Assembly: GCA_028717685.1 (NCBI GenBank)
Contig: JAQUNI010000001.1
Location: forward strand, 399,451 to 463,450
Source: Patescibacteria group bacterium
GTDB taxonomy: Bacteria; Patescibacteriota; JAQUNI01
DNA length: 64,000 nucleotides
Direction of reading: 5' to 3'
Shown here piece by piece: positions 57,200 through 64,000 of this stretch. The notes under the pieces are model-generated. The model searched no databases and had not been told where the DNA came from. It was given only the letters and a program-made list of their open reading frames with translations. The translations under genes were made by a program, and so were the position numbers. Within the stretch, counting starts at the first letter, position 1, and each line of letters begins with the position of its first letter.

Positions 57200-58228
57200 A
57201 TGAGAACAGTCAGGGTGATTGTCGTTATTGTAATAATACTTTTACTAGCCGGCGGAGGAGTATATCTCTTCTGGCCTAAGACCTCTGAAACGAATACTTT
57301 GGATCAGGAGCTAGCAGATTTAAAGGCTGCAAACGCCACTCTGGTCACGGAAAAGACTGAAACCGCAAATAAAATTTCCGAACTGGAGAAGGCAAAAAAA
57401 AGCCTGACCGAGGCTAATACCACATTAACCAGTCAGGTTGCAAATCTAGCTGGCGATCGTGATGCAATAAAGCAAAGCGAACTTTACTTTGCCAAGGTCT
57501 ACCGCGAAGGACTAGCTGTAAACGAAAAAGCCAATAAAGATAATGGAGTATTACGCAAAGAAATTGAACGGCTTAAAGCGGAAAATAAACAGCTAGTGGA
57601 GGACAATAAACTCCTGCAAACTCAATATAATGAACTCCTCACAGAAAAGAAAGCAGCCGAGGCAGCGAGAAAAGTTGCGGAAGATAAAGTGGCTGGTCTA
57701 AACAGAGATATTGACGCCGCAAAGCAAGGACAAGATGCCGCGGAAATGAAAGCAGTAAAAGCCGAACAGAATCTTACGAGGCTAGAAGCGGAAAAGGCAA
57801 AAGCGCAAAGCGAAATGGTGACCTTGAACGCTAAAATCGCTAACGATTTGGTGGATAAAAAGGCGCTTCAAGATCAGCTTGACACTGCCAAAAAGGCGCT
57901 GGAGGCGATGGAAGGACGGCTGGGAGAGTCTGACAAATTAGTCGCTAAATCACCGACGATGGATACGGTAAAGGAAAACTTGGCTCTAAAAGCCGAAATT
58001 AGATTCCTTTATGCGACAATCCTCGTGGCTACCTCATCCGAGAAGAATCTCTCGGACGAAAGCAGAAGAAAGGCGACTAACCTGATGGTTAGGTTGACCT
58101 ACCAATCAGACGCGGATCTGCGCTTTAAAGCGGCTGCCAAAGTTATGGAAGAAATGCCACTAGATGGCGCCGAAAGCGTTGACCAGCTCCACACACGTTG
58201 GGGAGCCTGGAGAAAAACGCAAGAATAA
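57200..58228 (+). CDS. membrane-anchored long coiled-coil protein
   Basis: GAAAGGATGG SD. N-terminal TM helix VIVVIVIILLLAGGGVYLF. About 280 aa of Ala/Lys/Glu coiled coil. Confidence 0.6.
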   Translation: MRTVRVIVVIVIILLLAGGGVYLFWPKTSETNTLDQELADLKAANATLVTEKTETANKISELEKAKKSLTEANTTLTSQVANLAGDRDAIKQSELYFAKVYREGLAVNEKANKDNGVLRKEIERLKAENKQLVEDNKLLQTQYNELLTEKKAAEAARKVAEDKVAGLNRDIDAAKQGQDAAEMKAVKAEQNLTRLEAEKAKAQSEMVTLNAKIANDLVDKKALQDQLDTAKKALEAMEGRLGESDKLVAKSPTMDTVKENLALKAEIRFLYATILVATSSEKNLSDESRRKATNLMVRLTYQSDADLRFKAAAKVMEEMPLDGAESVDQLHTRWGAWRKTQE

Positions 58229-58247
58229 ATAGTACCTTGAATCATTA

Positions 58248-58304
58248 CCCATAAGCTTTAGCCTATTAAATATTAGACTTCAAGCTTATGGGATTTTTTT
58301 ATTT
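58248..58304 (+). terminator. rho-independent terminator after secreted operon
   Basis: CCCATAAGCTT-(23-nt loop)-AAGCTTATGGG followed by ATTTTTTTATTTT. Confidence 0.65.
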
Positions 58305-58329
58305 TAATATTACTTTACCTCCCTCGCGA

Positions 58330-58640
58330 GGAGAAATGAAAAGTGAAACCCCCTAAATCCCCTTTATCAGGGGGATTTTAATTTCTTCCTTCTGTGACCC
58401 ACGCGCTCTAGGAGAGAGTTGTTGGCTCCATAGTGGCGTTAGCCCTATGGAGTCAGGATGCAAGCCGTAAAGAAAAAATATGATCAGACTTTAATGCTGT
58501 TTCGCATTGCGGCTCCACAGCCTGCCCGCCATCGCTTGCGCTTCAGGCGTTAGCGGGCGGGCCCCTCGCTTCGCTCGGGGACTATGGAGCCAACAGACCC
58601 CCTCCAACTCCCCCTTGGTAAGGGGGAGTGAAATCAAGCC
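58330..58640. repeat. composite GC-rich repeat island with 14-nt outer inverted arms GTTGGCTCCATAGT / ACTATGGAGCCAAC enclosing about 146 nt
   Basis: Arms at 58421-58434 and 58581-58594. Inner modules CCTGCCCGCCATCGCTTGCGCTTCAGGCGTTAGCGGGCGGGC. Flanked by hairpins CCCCTTTATCAGGGGG and CTCCCCCTTGGTAAGGGGGAG. Confidence 0.7.
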
Positions 58641-58693
58641 TCTCGCAATGACAATAATTCATTGATTCAAAGTGATAAAAAAAAGCGCCTATT

Positions 58694-59029
58694 TTATGAA
58701 AATAAGGCGCGGATTGAAGGAAAATTGACTCTTATAGTCGCTGCGATGTAATAGACTGAATAGGCAATGGCAACAACTACATAGCAGGTACTAATAACCT
58801 TGGGTCTTGCCCAAGATCTTTTAAGAGCCAATTCTGCAATAAAAACGGGAATGAACAAGAAAATAAACATTTTCACGGCTGCAAAAAGGGTAACCCCTCC
58901 TTGAGCCAAAGACCATTTCAGGATAGGGTTTGTCTCCTCGCAAACCCCCGTGGTGATGCCGATTACGGTGGTAAGAAGATCCACCAGACCGATTAAAAGA
59001 ACGATTTTGCCATATTTACTGATTTTCAT
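58694..59029 (-). CDS. hypothetical small membrane protein
   Basis: 111 aa with 3 TM helices. A TTGACA-17-TATTAT promoter lies on the minus strand at 59107-59135. Confidence 0.5.
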   Translation of the reverse strand: MKISKYGKIVLLIGLVDLLTTVIGITTGVCEETNPILKWSLAQGGVTLFAAVKMFIFLFIPVFIAELALKRSWARPKVISTCYVVVAIAYSVYYIAATIRVNFPSIRALFS

Positions 59030-59368
59030 CTTTCCACTTCCTCTAAAGAATGCCCTATATAAAGAATTAAAAACTCATAATGTCAAACCATATTAGATAT
59101 GAGACTATAATACCATTTTCTTACCTATTTGTCAAGAAAAACTAGAGTAGCCCCTTCGCCTCACAATCTCCAAGTAAAAAAAGGAGCCCCAGTTTCTTGC
59201 TGCCAGTCTAGGGGGAGGCTTACTATGACAAAACAAGATATGGGGCACAGGGAACCTTAGATAGAAAAATACCGCTTCCACCACCCAAGGATAAAGCGGC
59301 TCCATCCAGATTTCTGTTATATTCACTATATTACCCTTAAAAAATTATGTCAACCCCAAATAATGATT

Positions 59369-60898
59369 TTAGTTTTCATGCTGGCGATATTGCAGAGCTT
59401 CGGCAATATGTTCGCTTTTAATATGTTCCGCGTCTTCTAAATCCGCGATAGTCCGCGCCAACCGCAAAATGCGGTAATAGGAACGGGCAGAGAGATGGAA
59501 ACTCTCCACCGCGTTCTTTAAAAGCGCGCGGGAAGTGGAATCTAAAACGCAAAACCCGCGAATCTCGGGGTTGCCCATCTCGCCATTGGCTATAATTCTC
59601 TGCTTCTGCTGACTATTTTTAAACCGCTCTTCTTGAATGGCGCGCGCTTTTTGCACCCGCTCCCGCACGAGGGCGGAGCTTTCGGCTAACTCTTCACTCG
59701 CCAATTTTTCATATTTTACCCGCGGCACTTCTAAGTGCAGGTCAATACGGTCAAGAAGGGGACCCGAAATTCTTTTTTGGTAGCGGATGATTTCACTCGG
59801 CGAACAAACGCAGGGTCGCTCTGGATCGGATAAATAGCCGCAGGGACAAGGATTCATCGCGGCGACGAGCGTAAATTTGGCTGGAAAAGACATGGAACCT
59901 TGAGCGCGGGAAATCGTGATTACGCCGTCTTCCAGGGGCTGCCTTAAATTTTCCAAAACATTGCGGGAAAACTCCGGAAATTCGTCCAGAAAAAGGACGC
60001 CTCGGTGGGCTAAACTAATTTCTCCGGGTTTGGGATAAGCGCCGCCTCCCACCAGAGAAACCCCCGAAGCGGTATGGTGCGGAGCGCGGAAAGGACGCTC
60101 CAAAATTAATGGTTTATCCTTGGGGAGCAGACCCGAGACAGAATAAATCCGCGTTACTTCTAAAGCTTCAATCAAGGTCATTTTCGGTAAAATAGATGGA
60201 AAAGAACGAGCAAGCAGGGTTTTACCGCTCCCGGGCGGTCCGTTCATCAAGATATTATGCCCGCCCGCGGCGGCAATTTCCAGAGCCCTTTTGACATGCT
60301 CCTGACCGTGGACACAGGCAAAATCAACCTCATAAAGAGCATTGGTTTCTAAATTCTTTAAATTCAAAGGCGCCACAGGCGTGATAGAATTTATTCCCTC
60401 CAAATGGTCTTTCAACCCTAGAAGATTAGCCACCGGATAAACATTTAAACCGCGCACGAGCGCCGCTTCTTTAGCGTTTTCCTCGGGCACGAATAATTCC
60501 ATAAAACCCTCGCGCTTCGCCTCAATCGCGATGGATAAAACGCCGTTCACGGGACGCACCTCTCCTTTTAAGGAAAGTTCGCCCACAAAAAGCTTTTCTT
60601 TGGTATCAAAACCCAGCTGTCCCGTGGTGGAAAGAAGGCTTAAAGCAATCGGCAGGTCATAGGCAGGACCTTCTTTTTTTAAATCCGCGGGAGCCAGATT
60701 CACGGTTATCCTTTGCCTGGGGAAGGCAAGACCCGAATTCTTAATCGCGGAGAAGACTCGGTCCCGCGATTCAGAGACCGCCGCGTCCGGCAAGCCCACT
60801 ACTGAAAAACGGAACATTCCTCGACTCACATCGGATTCCACCTCCACAAGCTCCGAGGATAAACCGATAACGGAACAAGAGTGAATTTTAGTGAGCAT
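59369..60898 (-). CDS. comM: YifB/ComM-family Mg-chelatase-like AAA+ ATPase
   Basis: N-terminal ...SCSVIGL..., Walker A GPPGSGKT, and C-terminal Mg_chelatase_C (SARSYYRILRLARTIADLE). Confidence 0.9.
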   Translation of the reverse strand: MLTKIHSCSVIGLSSELVEVESDVSRGMFRFSVVGLPDAAVSESRDRVFSAIKNSGLAFPRQRITVNLAPADLKKEGPAYDLPIALSLLSTTGQLGFDTKEKLFVGELSLKGEVRPVNGVLSIAIEAKREGFMELFVPEENAKEAALVRGLNVYPVANLLGLKDHLEGINSITPVAPLNLKNLETNALYEVDFACVHGQEHVKRALEIAAAGGHNILMNGPPGSGKTLLARSFPSILPKMTLIEALEVTRIYSVSGLLPKDKPLILERPFRAPHHTASGVSLVGGGAYPKPGEISLAHRGVLFLDEFPEFSRNVLENLRQPLEDGVITISRAQGSMSFPAKFTLVAAMNPCPCGYLSDPERPCVCSPSEIIRYQKRISGPLLDRIDLHLEVPRVKYEKLASEELAESSALVRERVQKARAIQEERFKNSQQKQRIIANGEMGNPEIRGFCVLDSTSRALLKNAVESFHLSARSYYRILRLARTIADLEDAEHIKSEHIAEALQYRQHEN

Positions 60899-61052
60899 AA
60901 AATAGAAATTTCTAATTTTAAATTTTCAATTTCTATTAAATTTCTAATGACTAAATTTTCAAACCCCGTTAGAAATGAAAAATTTCTAAACGGGGCAAAC
61001 AGTTTAAAAATTAATTCATTGAAAATTTAATGAAAATTGAAAATTGAAAATT
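60899..61052. repeat. AT-rich palindromic intergenic element, family A copy carrying an internal CCCCGTTAGAAAT...ATTTCTAAACGGGG hairpin
   Basis: Arms AATTTCTAATTTTAAATTTTCAATTTCTATTAAATTT ... AAATTTAATGAAAATTGAAAATTGAAAATT. Confidence 0.8.
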
Positions 61053-61059
61053 TTTCAAA

Positions 61060-61530
61060 TTACGCCCTGCGAATTGCCTTTACTAATAAAATCACTACTC
61101 CTGCAACAATCATTATATCCGCGACATTAAACACCGGCCAAAATGCCAAGTTCAAATAATCTATCACATAACCAAAGCGGAGGCGGTCAAGCACGTTAGA
61201 GAACGCGCCTGCTCCCAACAGCACTAAACCGCAAAGAGAGGAAAAATCTTTTTTTTGCCAAAATTTCCGCCCCCAGTAATATAAAAACACGCAAAGCAAT
61301 GCCGTAATTAAATAAAAAAACACGACAGACCACGCGCCATCGCTGGACGGGGCGGGCAGGGGAATCCCGAAAGCAATGCCGTAATTACGGTAAAATTCCA
61401 AAGAAAAAAAATGACCTAAAATAAAAAAATTGGGTCTGCCCGCGAGAACATAGCCAGCCCAATTTTTTAAAATTTGGTCTAAGATGAATAACCCTCCCGC
61501 CAGTGCAAAACACCACTTAAGTTTGCGCAT
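61060..61530 (-). CDS. lspA: lipoprotein signal peptidase (signal peptidase II)
   Basis: 4 TM segments, with conserved Asn/Asp blocks (...FNVADI...). Confidence 0.85.
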   Translation of the reverse strand: MRKLKWCFALAGGLFILDQILKNWAGYVLAGRPNFFILGHFFSLEFYRNYGIAFGIPLPAPSSDGAWSVVFFYLITALLCVFLYYWGRKFWQKKDFSSLCGLVLLGAGAFSNVLDRLRFGYVIDYLNLAFWPVFNVADIMIVAGVVILLVKAIRRA

Positions 61531-61631
61531 AAAAATATAGGAATGAGTAAAACGTAATGGATAATGTGTAATTTATCAGCCTGCAACCCACTATTCTCTT
61601 ATTGCGCATTACGGGTATTACGCATTGCACA

Positions 61632-62093
61632 TCATTTCTTCTGCGCGCATTCTAAACAAATCGGCGCCCTCGGAAAAACCTCCAACCTTTTTGGATTGAT
61701 CGGCTGCGCGCATTTTTCGCAGATGCCATAAGTGCCTGCCTTCATTTTGGCTAGGGCATTGTTAATCTTAAGCAGGTCCACCTCCAGAGTGCCATGCAGC
61801 GCCAACCGATCATAGTATTCAGTCACCTCCATCGCGTTTTCATCAGGCTTAGTGCCGAAAGAGGGGAATTTAGCGTCATAATCACCCTTTACCTTTTTAT
61901 CTTTAACCGCGATTTTCTTTAATTCCTTCTCAAGCTCTTTTTTGTCTTGCTCTAATTTCTTCCTTAATTCCTTGAGCACCTTTCCTTTTAATCCCGCATT
62001 TTTAGGCTTCTTATCCTTATTGCCTAAGATATCGGGAAATTTTGGTTTAGGAATTTTAGTAAAATCTAGTTTGGGGATCTTGGGGAATTTCAT
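61632..62093 (-). CDS. DksA/TraR-family C4 zinc-finger protein
   Basis: C-terminal CEKCAQPI...CLECAQ four-Cys zinc finger, plus an N-terminal coiled coil. Confidence 0.7.
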   Translation of the reverse strand: MKFPKIPKLDFTKIPKPKFPDILGNKDKKPKNAGLKGKVLKELRKKLEQDKKELEKELKKIAVKDKKVKGDYDAKFPSFGTKPDENAMEVTEYYDRLALHGTLEVDLLKINNALAKMKAGTYGICEKCAQPINPKRLEVFPRAPICLECAQKK

Positions 62094-62261
62094 AAAATTA
62101 GTTTTTTATTTTTAGTCCTGCAACCTTAATCTAAGTTTATAATACCCGACAAGAAAAGGCAAGGATTAAATTTTTAATTTTTAATTTTCATTAAATTTTC
62201 AAGAAATTAATTTTTAAACCTCTTTTATTTCCTAATTAGTATAGGTTTCTTTAAATTGCGA

Positions 62262-62318
62262 AACCCACCCCCCCCCCCTGCCTTGAGCGGGGAGGCAAGA
62301 GGGGGTGGGAGCTCCAAT
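62262..62318 (-). repeat. family R GC-rich repeat copy (inverted orientation)
   Basis: Reverse complement reads GGAGCTCCCACCCCCTCTTGCCTCCCCGCTCAAGGCAGGGGGGGGG. The 78-aa ORF 62225-62461 translates through it and is probably spurious. Confidence 0.75.
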
Positions 62319-63177
62319 GCCCCACCTACAGTCTCTAGAGGGAGGAATATTTTATGATTTTGGAAGTTTTCATAATGCACACTAGGCTTTTTAAAAAAAA
62401 TAAACAAAAAAACAGCCTTATCCAAATTAAGCCTGTCTTCTTTTAAGAGAAACAGGGGCAAGATAGCCCGCGATATATATTGTTTAAGGGGGCATCTGCC
62501 CCTGTGTTAGATTGGAATACTCCAACCTCGACCCCAAAATACCAAAAGGTAAATGAGGTCGATTGGAATTCCAGTCTTTTTTTTGGCTGTAGTGGTCAAC
62601 TACTGGCCGTCTTCTACTACTGACCTCCCTTGCGGGAGATTCTTTTCCGCTTTTAAGTACAAAGAGCTATTTTTTGGACTGCACCCTGAAATTCAATAAC
62701 TTCCAGCTGAATTTAAGGCGTTATCAAACTTTAGGGCGCAGTCCATTTTGTAGTTTTTGTTTTTGTTTTTGCTATTGACCTAGAATAGCGAATTTTTAGA
62801 GTAGCAGAAGAAAAACCCAATCACAAATAGGGGGAACTTGTGATTGGAGTTCTCTCCACTACTCTATAAACAAAACAGAAAATTGATTGTCTGTGTTTAT
62901 AAATGTACCCTCTTTTTATTCAATTTTTCTGGCTTCGTCTAGCTTTGCCAGATCTTTATGACCAGATCTCGCAGAGCGAGACTATATCCAGTATAGCATA
63001 GAAAAAATCCCATGTCAATCCGTGTGGATAACTAAAAAACCCAATTAAAGCCTATTCTTCAATAATAAGTTGTTTCAGCCTAAAATAAACAAAACAATCA
63101 ATATTTTTCCCTTTTCCCTTCCTTATTTTTCCTTTTAAACAGTGGATAAACTGTGCACAACTGGATAAGCGAAAAAC

Positions 63178-63268
63178 TAAAAGTAAAAAGTTAAAAGTGG
63201 AGATTCAAATTTGTCAATTTGCAATTTAAAATCACAACTTTGCACTTTGAATTTTGAACTTTTAACTT
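63178..63268. repeat. AT-rich palindromic element, family E copy
   Basis: AAAAGTTAAAAGTGGAGATTCAAATTTG ... CAACTTTGCACTTTGAATTTTGAACTTTTAACTT. Confidence 0.7.
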
Positions 63269-63269
63269 G

Positions 63270-64000
63270 CTACATTTCCCCCCAAACCTTTATCAAAATC
63301 CCATCTCGCGCGTTGCGGCTTGAGCCTTGCAATTTTTTGAAGCCCGAAAGGACATTCGCCTGACCTGCTTCGGTTAACTTTTCCAAATCAAGATAAAACC
63401 ATTCATCAGCGTTGGAGAATGATTTCTGTAAAGGATCCTCTTGGGGCTCGCGAAAAGAAGAAATTACTTTCTGAAAAATCTCCTCGGAGTCGCTGACAAT
63501 GAGCCTGTCGGCTAAATAACCATAAAACAAATTGCGCTTGAGGTTTAAAGCAATTATATCGGTTTGAATGCCCGCCACTTCTTTTTGTTCGGGAAGCGCT
63601 TCATCCGGAAGAACGTATTCCGTAATTGCGCTGCCATCCGGCAATATCACTTCTTCTTCTTGAGGTTGGTTGGCAACAGCGAGGCTTTTTAAAATTGCCG
63701 CCAATCTTGGAAGCGCTGTTTCATCTTCCGCGCTTTTAGACACAATTAAGGCAGTGGTTAGGGTCTTGTCTATTTTACGATCAACGATAAGCTCAAGGTC
63801 TCCCAAGGCGAGAGACTTCAGCTCCGCCATCTTGTTGGTTGCCTCGAGATTTTTCCGAATTAACCCATCGGGATCCAGAAAAGACCAGAAAAAACTCTGA
63901 AAGGGAGTATCCCCCAAGACAAACCGGGCATCACCCGCGGGAAAACGCGCTACCAGCAAAGGATCGGAAGGAATAAATCTCGACCAGGAAGCTTCGGATT
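63270..64000 (-). CDS. hypothetical protein (5' end may extend beyond window)
   Basis: Acidic ORF of at least 229 aa. The frame is still open at the window edge. Confidence 0.45.
   Translation of the reverse strand, partial: SEASWSRFIPSDPLLVARFPAGDARFVLGDTPFQSFFWSFLDPDGLIRKNLEATNKMAELKSLALGDLELIVDRKIDKTLTTALIVSKSAEDETALPRLAAILKSLAVANQPQEEEVILPDGSAITEYVLPDEALPEQKEVAGIQTDIIALNLKRNLFYGYLADRLIVSDSEEIFQKVISSFREPQEDPLQKSFSNADEWFYLDLEKLTEAGQANVLSGFKKLQGSSRNARDGILIKVWGEM

Noticed and set aside
10904-61060. CRISPR array
   Set aside because: The repeated elements are long palindromes of irregular spacing and composition. They are not 25-40-nt direct repeats separated by unique spacers of uniform length, and no cas genes are present.
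62225-62461. 78-aa ORF containing LELPPPLASPLKAGGGGG
   Set aside because: The ORF is created by reading through an inverted family R repeat copy in otherwise non-coding DNA. It has no SD.

Overview
This is an AT-rich bacterial chromosomal segment. The gene content and style point to a small-genome, probably monoderm lineage such as Patescibacteria/CPR: small basic ribosomal proteins with Lys/Glu-rich tails, RNase Y-YmdB, HU, type IV pili, Shine-Dalgarno-led genes and dense intergenic hairpins. The lineage call is inference only.

The recognisable core genes are the 3' end of a DHH/DHHA1 (NrnA-like) gene, clpP, gyrA, an MBL-fold hydrolase, rpsA, tilS, ftsH, an SLT-domain lipoprotein, a type IV pilus cluster on the minus strand (pilB-pilC, three prepilin-like genes, a PilX-like minor pilin, pilM-pilN-pilO), gpmI, a histidine kinase with a tandem-REC response regulator, a TIM-barrel isomerase, hup, ymdB-rny, rpmF-nusB-rnc, an RlpA-like protein, a short smc, rpsP, comM/yifB, lspA and a dksA/traR-type zinc-finger protein. 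Four tRNAs are present: tRNA(CAU) and tRNA-Ala(GGC) on the plus strand, and tRNA-Gly(UCC) and tRNA-Pro(UGG) on the minus strand.

The accessory or unusual content is:
- Two tandem paralogous radical SAM enzymes with N-terminal hydrophobic anchors, preceded by a 76-aa ORF and flanked by a divergent TrmB-family regulator and an ECF sigma/anti-sigma pair.
- A five-gene plus-strand operon of secreted or membrane proteins (52.0-58.2 kb) that includes a protein with an STN/secretin-like N-domain, and an adjacent three-gene secreted operon on the minus strand.
- A 1255-aa Lys/Glu-rich repeat protein carrying several in-frame copies of a GC-rich dispersed repeat.
- A large number of intergenic repeats: at least eight families of AT-rich palindromic elements built from short repeated words, a GC-rich 40-nt dispersed repeat, composite GC-rich islands, and a pair of paralogous tandem-hairpin elements located downstream of tRNA genes.
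- Several textbook TTGACA-17-TATAAT promoters and intrinsic terminators, read directly from the sequence.

No CRISPR array, rRNA, transposase or integrase was seen.
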